Positions 1 through 8,065 of a DNA stretch of 32,000 nt are shown here, piece after piece. The notes beneath the pieces were generated by a model. It did not search any database, was not told the origin of the DNA, and saw only the letters and a list, made by a program, of their open reading frames with translations. Every line of letters starts with the position of its first letter. The stretch's first letter is position 1. The DNA is from Caldivirga maquilingensis IC-167 (lineage in GTDB: Archaea; Thermoproteota; Thermoprotei; Thermoproteales; Thermocladiaceae). The stretch is from contig NC_009954.1 of assembly GCF_000018305.1 (NCBI RefSeq), positions 660,001-692,000 of the forward strand, in the 5' to 3' direction. A program made the translations under genes and the position numbers.

Positions 1-1672
1 CGTACGCAACCACAAGCATTGGTGAGGCTAAGTAAGCTGCCTTAACCAATGGGTGTATTCTACCTTCATAATTCCTATTACCGCTCAGCACAGCCACAGT
101 GTATACATCATTCTCCCTAATCGCCTTAGCCACGGGTTCAGGTAGGGGACCTGTATTACCTATGCATACTGTGCACCCATACCCGGTTACGTGGAAGCCT
201 AAGGCCTCCAGGTAGGGCATTAACCCGGCTGCGGTTAAGTAATCAGTCACAACCCTTGAACCTGGGGCTAGGCTTGTCTTAACCCATGGCTTAGTCCTCA
301 GTCCCTTCTCCACAGCCTTCTTAGCCATTAAGCCAGCGCCAATTAGTACCGTTGGATTACTGGTGTTTGTGCAGCTTGTTATTGCAGCAATGGCAACAGC
401 CCCATCCGTTAAGTTGGCTTTCAAATCCCCTAAATCCACGATGCTACTCCTCTTACCACCCCTACTGTTGGCGTATTCATTAATCAGCTTAGATACAGTT
501 GCCTTAGCTGCCTTGAGGGGTATCTTCTCATCAGGATTCCTTGGACCAGCTATCACCGGCTCCACTTCACTTAAATCAAACTGATAGCTCTCGCTGAAGA
601 CTGGTTCATAATCATCAGTGTAGAATAAGCCAACATGCTTAAGGTAATCCTCAACAAGCTTAACGTGAGCCTCATCCCTACCAGTTAACCTTAAGTAGCT
701 TAACGTTAATTCATCCACCGGGAACAAGCCTGTTGTTGCACCGTATTCAGGAGCCATATTGGATACTGTAACTCTATCCCAGGCGGGGAGAGCCTTAATA
801 CCTGGGCCATAGTACTCAACTATCTTACCAACCACATTCCTCTTCCTTAGGAATTCAGTAATATTAAGAACTATATCAGTTGCAGTAACCCCCTCCCTTG
901 GTTCACCCACCAGTTTAACCCCAACAACCTGTGGTATCGTTATGTAGTGTGGTTGACCAAGCATAACCGCCTCAGCCTCAATACCACCCACACCCCAACC
1001 CAATACACCGATGCCGCTAACCATGGTTGTGTGACTATCCGTGCCTAGCACAGTATCTGGGTAAGCTGAGGCATTGTTTTGATTAACGAAAACCACCTTG
1101 GCTAAGTACTCTATGTTAACCTGGTGTATTATACCTTTACCAGGGGGTACTACCTTGAAGTTACTGAATGTTGATTGAGCCCACTTAAGGAAAACGTACC
1201 TCTCCCTATTCCTCTCAAACTCAAGCTCCATGTTTAACCTTAATGCATCCGACACACCGAAGTAATCCACTTGAACAGAGTGGTCAATAACCAGGTCCAC
1301 TGGGACAAGGGGATTGATTACCTTGGGATCCTTACCTAACTTAGCCACTGCATCCCTCATGGCTGCTAAGTCGGCTACAAGTGGGACACCGGTGAAGTCC
1401 TGTAGTATCAACCTAGCGGGTATGAAGGGTATTTCCTTAGGGTACTGAGCCTTTGGATCCCACTTAAGTAAGGATTCAATATCCTCCAGCTTAACAACCC
1501 TACCATCATAATTCCTAACCACACTCTCTAGGAGTATTCTAATGCTTATAGGTAATTTAGAGACCTTGAACCCGATTTCCTCAAACCTACCTATGTTCCA
1601 AATACTTAACTTACCCACTGGTGAACTCCACTGCTCCTTAATGATCCCAAGGTCCTTAACGCTAATGCTCAT
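1..1672 (-). CDS. acn: aconitate hydratase (aconitase), N-terminal ~557 codons; C-terminus lies beyond the window start
   Basis: Absent from the ORF track because the window edge truncates it. My minus-strand translation from the ATG (complement of 1670-1672) reads MSISVKDLGIIKEQWSSPVGKLSIWNIGRFEE... and stays open to position 1. It contains the aconitase signatures GTDSHTTM, ITSCTNTSNP, GYGCTVCIGNTG (Fe-S ligand cysteines) and NRNYEGR. An A/T-rich TATA-like box (1692-1703) lies ~26 nt upstream of the ATG. Confidence 0.9.
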   Translation of the reverse strand, partial: MSISVKDLGIIKEQWSSPVGKLSIWNIGRFEEIGFKVSKLPISIRILLESVVRNYDGRVVKLEDIESLLKWDPKAQYPKEIPFIPARLILQDFTGVPLVADLAAMRDAVAKLGKDPKVINPLVPVDLVIDHSVQVDYFGVSDALRLNMELEFERNRERYVFLKWAQSTFSNFKVVPPGKGIIHQVNIEYLAKVVFVNQNNASAYPDTVLGTDSHTTMVSGIGVLGWGVGGIEAEAVMLGQPHYITIPQVVGVKLVGEPREGVTATDIVLNITEFLRKRNVVGKIVEYYGPGIKALPAWDRVTVSNMAPEYGATTGLFPVDELTLSYLRLTGRDEAHVKLVEDYLKHVGLFYTDDYEPVFSESYQFDLSEVEPVIAGPRNPDEKIPLKAAKATVSKLINEYANSRGGKRSSIVDLGDLKANLTDGAVAIAAITSCTNTSNPTVLIGAGLMAKKAVEKGLRTKPWVKTSLAPGSRVVTDYLTAAGLMPYLEALGFHVTGYGCTVCIGNTGPLPEPVAKAIRENDVYTVAVLSGNRNYEGRIHPLVKAAYLASPMLVVAY

Positions 1673-1845
1673 AGGGCCTCAACCTTAGGGTACTTAAAAA
1701 ATTACCGATCCTAAGATTAATTCAACGGTAAGCTAGTTTAAAATTATACAGGAAGCTTAACAGTTGATTTAGTGACCTTACTCATTGCTTTCAAGTCCCC
1801 AGTATCTTAGGTAATACATATGATTAACCCAGGGTAGTCGGCGTA

Positions 1846-2625
1846 ATGCGCGTCCACTCCACACAGAAGGTAAGGCACATGGATAGTGGGGCGGTCTCGG
1901 CATTAGCCACCACGTATATTCTATCATTAATCTCCCTAATTACGCTCAATACATCATTTAACCCACTTAGGATTACTTTAGTGTTTATGCTTGCGTTACT
2001 TAATATAATGAGCTTAACGAGAGTTCACTTAAGGTTAATATCGAGGCCAAGGTTCATTGACTACGTATTACTTATGATTAATATACTACCTTACTCTTAC
2101 TTACTCTATACTGGGTATGATTTAATGTGGATTATACCCTCATTAATATTCCTCTTAATCTTCATTATTGAGGCCATTAGAGGAAAGGGTAGGAGCACGG
2201 TGGCTAACATAACTGGTACAGTTCTAATGGCTTCAGTTTACTTACCTTGGTACATAATGATGGGTGGCTTAATTCACCCTACAATCCTCTACATTAGTAC
2301 TGTTTGGTTAGCCTACCATGCCTTCTCATCAACCTACGTTGAGGGTAAGTTACCGTTTAGGTCAATTAAACCCTGGGTCTCCTCAGTGGTTTGGTCAGCA
2401 TCACTAGTACCGGTGACTTACCTAGTGGTGAATTACCTTAACCTCAATATTTACTACTTCATACCACTTATTGAACCCACCATAAGGGCTATTCACGCAT
2501 TATGGGAAAGTAAGCTTAATACTAGTGAGGTTAGGTTAAGGATCAGGAGGATAGGCTGGGGTAGTCTTATTGAGTCAATAATTCTAATGCTACTCCTTCT
2601 CCTAATCCCCCTGCTCACTAGGTAG
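1846..2625 (+). CDS. polytopic integral membrane protein, function unknown
   Basis: 259-aa ORF made almost entirely of helix-length hydrophobic segments, e.g. ALATTYILSLISLITL, ITLVFMLALLNIMSL, IIPSLIFLLIFIIEAI and SLIESIILMLLLLLIPLL. I recognised no catalytic motif. Met12 (1879) is an alternative start. Confidence 0.6.
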   Translation: MRVHSTQKVRHMDSGAVSALATTYILSLISLITLNTSFNPLRITLVFMLALLNIMSLTRVHLRLISRPRFIDYVLLMINILPYSYLLYTGYDLMWIIPSLIFLLIFIIEAIRGKGRSTVANITGTVLMASVYLPWYIMMGGLIHPTILYISTVWLAYHAFSSTYVEGKLPFRSIKPWVSSVVWSASLVPVTYLVVNYLNLNIYYFIPLIEPTIRAIHALWESKLNTSEVRLRIRRIGWGSLIESIILMLLLLLIPLLTR

Positions 2626-2687
2626 CTTCACCATTGCATCCTTTAATACTACGTTACGAGTTTAGTTGCTCTTAAGATTGGTTAACG

Positions 2688-2694
2688 TTTAAAA
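2688..2694 (+). promoter_or_regulatory. TATA-like box (TTTAAAA) for the ATP-grasp ligase gene
   Basis: Centre lies 27 nt upstream of the ATG at 2718. This is the spacing expected between an archaeal TATA box and the start of a leaderless mRNA. Confidence 0.5.
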
Positions 2695-2717
2695 TCCAAT
2701 GTTAATTAAGCTTAAGC

Positions 2718-3620
2718 ATGGATATAGGCATAATTAGGCCGTATGAGGTTGAGTTTAATCAACCTGACATTGAGGACCTTGAACAGGCCATTAGGGAGCT
2801 TGGTCATAGGGTTAAGAGGGTTTACGTTAATATGGCCAGTGTTAGGTTAAGTAAAGGTAGTGTGAGTGTTTACCAGGCTATTGGGAGGGGTGTTAGGGAG
2901 CCTGTCTTAATTGATGGTGGTGTGCTTAGGCATCTTGGGTTAATTAGGGACTTTGAGCAGTTGCTTCACAGGGTTTGGGTTGTGAGGGCTATTGAAATCA
3001 TGGGTGTTTACGTGGTTAATAGCGCTATGAATTGGCTAGTGGCCAGTGATAAGTTAGCCGCATTAATGATATTGGCTAAGAATGGCCTACCAGTACCTGA
3101 AACTGAGTCAAGTGAGAACATGTTTATGGCATACGACGCAGTGAAGAGGTTTAATGAGGCTGTTGTTAAGGAGTTAAGGGGTTCAATGGGTTATGGGGTG
3201 TTTAAGGTTAATGACCCTGATGTGGCAATGAACATATTCAGCCACCTACTTAACTTCAGTAAGCCAATGTATGTTCAAAAATTCCTGGAGAAGAAGGGGA
3301 ATGGGGACTACAGGGTGGTTGTTGTGGGTGGTCAGGTAATTGGGTCAATATTCAGGAGGGGTATTGGTTGGAAGAGTAATGTTGCCCAAGGCGCGAAGCC
3401 TGAGGCCGTTAAGCCAAGTGCTGAATTATCTGAATTAGCCTTGAAAACCTGTGAGGTTTTAGGCCTTGGTTACGCTGGAGTTGATATTGCTGAAACTAAT
3501 GATGGATACTTCATACTTGAGGTTAACCCATCAATGTCATGGCAGGGCTTTAAGGAGGCCACAGGCATAAATCCGGCGAGGCATATAATTAATCACGTTA
3601 TTAATAATATTAAGAGGTGA
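2718..3620 (+). CDS. RimK/LysX-family ATP-grasp ligase (alpha-L-glutamate/aminoadipate ligase type)
   Basis: 300 aa. ATP-grasp/RimK-like blocks are present: GSMGYGVFKV, DYRVVVVGGQVIGSIFRR and GVDIAETNDGYFILEVNPSMSWQGF. The substrate cannot be assigned from sequence alone. Confidence 0.75.
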   Translation: MDIGIIRPYEVEFNQPDIEDLEQAIRELGHRVKRVYVNMASVRLSKGSVSVYQAIGRGVREPVLIDGGVLRHLGLIRDFEQLLHRVWVVRAIEIMGVYVVNSAMNWLVASDKLAALMILAKNGLPVPETESSENMFMAYDAVKRFNEAVVKELRGSMGYGVFKVNDPDVAMNIFSHLLNFSKPMYVQKFLEKKGNGDYRVVVVGGQVIGSIFRRGIGWKSNVAQGAKPEAVKPSAELSELALKTCEVLGLGYAGVDIAETNDGYFILEVNPSMSWQGFKEATGINPARHIINHVINNIKR

Positions 3621-4131
3621 ATCATGTTTTAAGAAACTTCACCATCCTGTTCCTAGGGTTAATTCAACTAAGTCATAATCCCAATGAATTCTAAGCATGC
3701 TCCATAATGCTAAAGGTGAGATTGAGGGGAAGATTATATGAAAAAGAAAAAAAGAATTTACTTACTATTTTAATTAAGGATCGGGTGATTACTTCTTCTG
3801 CTGCTGTCCACCCTCCTTCTTCTCCTCTGTAGTCTTCTTCTTCTTCGCCACCTAAACCACCGGCTATACCTAATCTAGTGCCCTGAGATTTAAAAGTAAC
3901 CTTTGCTTTTCTTGGTGAAATTAATGTAGCTGAAAACTCTTTTAACCATTAATTTCCTCATTAATTTATTTACCGCGAATGGTTAATTAATGGTGAGTAG
4001 TAATGTGGGTTTAAGGTGATTTCTCCATAGGGTTATCAGCAGTAATGACGTGAAAAAGGCTCTAAACCTAAATACAGTCCCCCTACAATTTTACTAAAGT
4101 AAAGTTAACATCAGTACAATGGCTCATGAGA

Positions 4132-4140
4132 ATTTAAAAA
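4132..4140 (+). promoter_or_regulatory. TATA-like box (ATTTAAAAA) for pyrH
   Basis: Centre lies ~27 nt upstream of the ATG at 4163. Confidence 0.5.
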
Positions 4141-4162
4141 GCGTATCCTTAATTCAGCATCA

Positions 4163-4843
4163 ATGGGAATAGTGATTAAACTAACGGGTAGAGTATTCAA
4201 CAGTGAGGAGTTAATCAACAAGTATGCTGACATAATAGCAGAGGAGGCCAATAGGGGTATTGTGGTAGTGGCTGGGGGTGGGGATACGGCTAGGAGGTAT
4301 ATTGAAATAGTTAGGAAGCTAACTGGGCGTGAGGCTGCAGCTGACATGCTTGGAATATGGGCAAGTAGGTTAAACGCAATGCTAATGATGTATACCCTCC
4401 TAGCTAAGGGCGTTAACGTATACTTAAGCATACCTGAAACCCTCCAGGAGCTTGGTGAAGCATACTCTTCATCCAAGGTTATTGTAATGGGTGGGCTACA
4501 GCCTGGTCAATCAACAACAATGGTGTCTGTACTGGCTGCCGAGTACTTAGGAATAGGCACAGTGGTGAACTGCTCCAACATTGATGCGCTCTACACTGAT
4601 GATCCATCTAAAAACCCTAACGCAGTAAGGATTGAGAAGGCTAGGTTAAGTGAGGTGGAGGGCATATTGAGTAGGGAGGGTGTTAGGTCATTTGCAGGAA
4701 CCTATGAACTCATAGATGAGTGGGCGCTGCAGATAATGAGAAGGAGCGGTATATCAATGATTATATTGGATGGTAAGGATCCAGGGAAGTTAATTAAGTA
4801 CTTAAAATACGGTACCATTGACGGGACATTAATAACACCTTGA
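4163..4843 (+). CDS. pyrH: uridylate (UMP) kinase, archaeal type
   Basis: 226 aa with an amino-acid-kinase fold pattern: VIKLTG...VVVAGGGDTARRY, MGGLQPGQSTT, CSNIDALYTDDP. Length and layout match archaeal PyrH. Confidence 0.85.
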   Translation: MGIVIKLTGRVFNSEELINKYADIIAEEANRGIVVVAGGGDTARRYIEIVRKLTGREAAADMLGIWASRLNAMLMMYTLLAKGVNVYLSIPETLQELGEAYSSSKVIVMGGLQPGQSTTMVSVLAAEYLGIGTVVNCSNIDALYTDDPSKNPNAVRIEKARLSEVEGILSREGVRSFAGTYELIDEWALQIMRRSGISMIILDGKDPGKLIKYLKYGTIDGTLITP

Positions 4844-4854
4844 ATTATGCTTAA

Positions 4855-5223
4855 AAAACCATCTGGGAAAGGTATTTTAAGCCTCAGCTACTGAAAAGGT
4901 GGAGGTGGTTAAGCCTGTCATATGAGGAGGACTTAAGTGAATTCGAGATTGAACAAAAGAAGAAAAACATAGGTAATGACCCTAAGCAGAAGTGGGTAAA
5001 TAGGATAATAGCCTCCATACAGCGTTACTATAAGAAATGCCCGCATTACGACTTCAAAACAGGTACTTGCCTAATAATGGATAGTGATAATCCCAAGTGC
5101 CCAAGGGACGGTAGGTATGAGGGTTGCCCAATACTAGAGGAGTTCCTAGGTAAAAAATACGACTACTATAAGGCTAAAGGTATTAATCCACCATATGATT
5201 TCAGGGATTTAGCATTAGCATAG
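4855..5223 (+). CDS. candidate small Cys-rich protein; initiation codon unresolved (coordinates give the stop-to-stop open frame)
   Basis: Frame 1 is open for 122 sense codons from the TAA at 4852-4854 to the TAG at 5221-5223. It fills the gap after pyrH. Translation: ...LSYEEDLSEFEIEQKKKNIGNDPKQKWVNRIIASIQRYYKKCPHYDFKTGTCLIMDSDNPKCPRDGRYEGCPILEEFLGKKYDYYKAKGINPPYDFRDLALA. The first in-frame ATG/GTG/TTG is the ATG at 5077, which would drop two of the four Cys. A TATA-like TATTTTAA lies at 4873-4880. Confidence 0.35.
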   Translation, partial: KTIWERYFKPQLLKRWRWLSLSYEEDLSEFEIEQKKKNIGNDPKQKWVNRIIASIQRYYKKCPHYDFKTGTCLIMDSDNPKCPRDGRYEGCPILEEFLGKKYDYYKAKGINPPYDFRDLALA

Positions 5224-5542
5224 TGACTGAAGCTATATAGGAGGTTCACTTACATGCATCATTCAATGAAACAGTTTTCAGTGAAATCATGAGAAGTAGT
5301 AATTAATTAAATTAAAATTCTAAGGAAATTAATACAGGTTAAAACAATGAGTAAGGGAAGGATATTTTTTAACTCAACTAGATTTCCCGAGTCCTCAAGG
5401 TAAATAACCTATAATTATTATACGTGCTTAATCCTTAAACGCATTCTTTTTAGATTCACCAAGTGTATTCATGCTTAAAGATAAAGCCTTAAGTACCACT
5501 CATATTTAGCTAAATGCTCTGAATTAAAATAAGGTAGATTGC

Positions 5543-6109
5543 TCATTGCCTCCTGTCCAGTATTAACTCCATGCTCCTGCTTAAGTGGCTAATGAGCGCC
5601 CTAGCCTTATTTACGCTCTCATCAACTTCTCTCGCCATGGGCCTAACCTCCTCATTCCAAACCTTAAATACCTTAGGAGGTATACTTCTAGCTAGGTAAG
5701 CAGCCCTAATTACTGCGTTAGCCTCAAGCGGCCTAATTTCCCACGGTAACCTAACCTCCTCAGTCTCCTTAACTTGAATGTACCTGGCTTTACCATTCTC
5801 TAAGGCTTGCAGATGGTGGGAGAGGAGATGCAGCATTGTACCTAAATCAGCCTTATAATTAACCAGTATTGTTGAATCACCGGCAATGTAAATACCAAGT
5901 ATGCTTGAGCAGGGACCTGAGTCGAATCTACCGCATTCGTTAATATTATTAATGGTAACGATTAACCTAGGCTTCTCAACATTAAGAGCCTCCGTGATTA
6001 ACTCAATGATACCCTCCATACTGCTTTCCAAGTCGCCTAGGCTTCTTAGAACACTACTCCTAATCATAGAATCAACTTGGTGAATTAACCCCCTGTAGTC
6101 TAACCCCAT
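5543..6109 (-). CDS. hypothetical protein
   Basis: 188-aa ORF with protein-like composition. The antisense 60-aa ORF is clearly weaker. I saw no diagnostic motif; an HLLSHH stretch is noted but is not a canonical HExxH. Confidence 0.55.
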   Translation of the reverse strand: MGLDYRGLIHQVDSMIRSSVLRSLGDLESSMEGIIELITEALNVEKPRLIVTINNINECGRFDSGPCSSILGIYIAGDSTILVNYKADLGTMLHLLSHHLQALENGKARYIQVKETEEVRLPWEIRPLEANAVIRAAYLARSIPPKVFKVWNEEVRPMAREVDESVNKARALISHLSRSMELILDRRQ

Positions 6110-6258
6110 TAATACAATTATCCGTCCCCTTTTATTAAACCTTAACTCATATTAGTATCAATAATAGGTTAAGTATTGAAGTCTAGGCAATGATTCTAAT
6201 TCAGTTTATGAGAGGCTAATCTTTTAAGCTCATTTAAGGAAACCTAATTGTTGAAGAA

Positions 6259-6307
6259 GTGATGTGGCGGTCGGTTACTGAGACTTGATGATAATCGCAT
6301 GGACTGA
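6259..6307 (+). ncRNA. C/D box sRNA (2'-O-methylation guide RNA)
   Basis: Layout: C box GTGATGT (6259-6265), 12-nt guide GGCGGTCGGTTA (6266-6277), D' box CTGA (6278-6281), 3-nt spacer, C' box TTGATGA (6285-6291), 12-nt guide TAATCGCATGGA (6292-6303), D box CTGA (6304-6307). This is the canonical archaeal architecture with 12-nt spacers. TATA-like CTTTTAAG (6221-6228) lies ~26 nt upstream of a plausible 5' end near 6250. The element sits in a 485-bp ORF-free region. Confidence 0.7.
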
Positions 6308-6594
6308 TTAGGATACTGGTCTATATTACTACCCTATTAGTTTTAGTTAAGCAACGGTATTCTTCACATTTCATTCCCTATTCCTTCCTAATTAAACTTC
6401 ATCCTTCACTGCAGGAGGTTTCACATTTATTGAATTTACTTAAATTACCCGTAAGAGGATGCTCATTGCATTAATAACATTTTCATCAATTGAGAATACA
6501 CAGACTAGAAAATTCTCTTACTGTACCCTCATCTCCTTGGGGGTACTTCCTCTACGGTTAAGTATACGTGATTAATGAGGGTTTCATGATGCGC

Positions 6595-6951
6595 CTAGGG
6601 TTTATTTAAATTCTCAAACTCACCTAGGTTCACGTCAGCAACCTTAATTATTTGCCTAGGCTTACATCTGCTGGCCAAATACCTAAGTGTCTTCAAGGCC
6701 CCATCCCCAGAGGACACTTCATATAACTCAATTCTAACATCCATATTATTAGCCACAACCTCATTAGCGTTAAGCAGATACTTAGTGTAGTCGACTTGAG
6801 GGCACAGTATGGCTATTTGAAAAACCCTACCAGGCCCCTTCCTGGCATTAATAACAGCGGTGTTCAAGACCTTCTTAACCGCCTCCTCACCATTCCTGCA
6901 TACATCTATGATTACGTAGTCGGTTATGCAGCCTTCATGAGACTGCTGCAT
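6595..6951 (-). CDS. hypothetical protein, co-oriented 24 nt downstream of the adenosyltransferase gene
   Basis: 118-aa ORF with no recognisable motif. The tight spacing after 6976-7629 suggests co-transcription. Confidence 0.55.
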   Translation of the reverse strand: MQQSHEGCITDYVIIDVCRNGEEAVKKVLNTAVINARKGPGRVFQIAILCPQVDYTKYLLNANEVVANNMDVRIELYEVSSGDGALKTLRYLASRCKPRQIIKVADVNLGEFENLNKP

Positions 6952-6975
6952 GATTAACCTTAATAGGCATTAGTT

Positions 6976-7629
6976 TTAAGTATTATTATCCAGTGCACTT
7001 GATAATAATGCGCCTGTAACATCATCAATCGTCTTATACACCTTACCACCGAGGCAATAAAGCGACTGCGCCACTAGCTTATCAGCGTGATTAAGCACCT
7101 TTATTATGTTATCCGCCTCAGGATACTTATCAAGCATTGATGATGCAATTCTCCCACATTCCCTCAACTTAACCCTAACCCCATCAATTGCCTGAGCCTC
7201 AGGGGTGGAGGCGACTATCCAACCAACATCACCCCTGTAGGATGAGCATAAGTCACTTATCTTAGTCTCAAGAAGGGTCTCAACTATCTTAACCTTACTT
7301 AACCTCTCCTGGGTTCCTTGAACCAGGTAGGCATTCAACTGCATGGATAAAGCCATAACCACTGCAGCTATTGATGCTACCTTTGGTTCATTACTGAAAC
7401 TAAGCCTAATACCATTAGTTAAGTTAACTAACTCATCAAGACACCCCATTAGCATTATTGCCGGTGAATCCTTCCTAAGCCTTAGGGTTCTTCCAAAAAC
7501 CGGTATAGTACTGTATCCGCTATCACCAGGGCACGCTACATCACCATTAACCTCCCGGCAATCCGTAAACAGCGGCAACCGTGCCGCAGGCTTAGGATCG
7601 CAGTGCTCCCCCTTATTCATCTCAGGCAC
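6976..7629 (-). CDS. pduO: ATP:cob(I)alamin adenosyltransferase, PduO-type, with an N-terminal extension
   Basis: The segment CPGDSGYSTIPVFGRTLRLRKDSPAIMLMGCLDELVNLTNGI matches the PduO/MMAB N-terminal signature (GDxGxT...G.R..KD...I...G.lDELn..iG). The remainder looks helical-bundle-like. Confidence 0.65.
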   Translation of the reverse strand: MPEMNKGEHCDPKPAARLPLFTDCREVNGDVACPGDSGYSTIPVFGRTLRLRKDSPAIMLMGCLDELVNLTNGIRLSFSNEPKVASIAAVVMALSMQLNAYLVQGTQERLSKVKIVETLLETKISDLCSSYRGDVGWIVASTPEAQAIDGVRVKLRECGRIASSMLDKYPEADNIIKVLNHADKLVAQSLYCLGGKVYKTIDDVTGALLSSALDNNT

Positions 7630-8065
7630 TTAATTTAAGTTAGCTCAGGCTTTAATAAGCTATTCTTTAAAAACAATTACATACCCATAACTTAAAGTTT
7701 AACCCAACTCCCTTTCCTTAGGTGATTCACCATGATTCCCCCAAGGTAGTCATGGGCCTCAGGGAGAGAAACTAAGAATAATTAAAGGCTTCATTAACCG
7801 TGCCTAAAGTCTCGTTATTCATGGTTGCGATTAATGAGGGTATTACCTAAGTGAACTAGTAAACGCATCGTAGGCTAATAAGGAATAATCCAATATGGAA
7901 ACCTACCCCTTTAAGGCAAGGGAAGACAGTTACTAATTGAGGATCTTACTCTTAGCAAGGAAAATAACGCTTCTCATCGCCTTAACTGGGTCTTCCCTTA
8001 AAGGTGAAGCCTCGGTTATGTTATAAAGATTTATTAACTTAATATTGAGGTCTTAAAGTTAACTT

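Noticed and set aside
6570-7841. Exact 13-mer GATTAATGAGGGT at 6570-6582 and 7829-7841, bracketing the pduO two-gene unit. I considered whether these are att-like or target-site direct repeats.
   Set aside because: A rough expectation for any exact 13-mer pair in 32 kb is (32000^2/2)/4^13, about 7-8, and higher in A/T-rich spacers. The repeat is therefore not significant by itself, and no integrase or other mobility signature is present.
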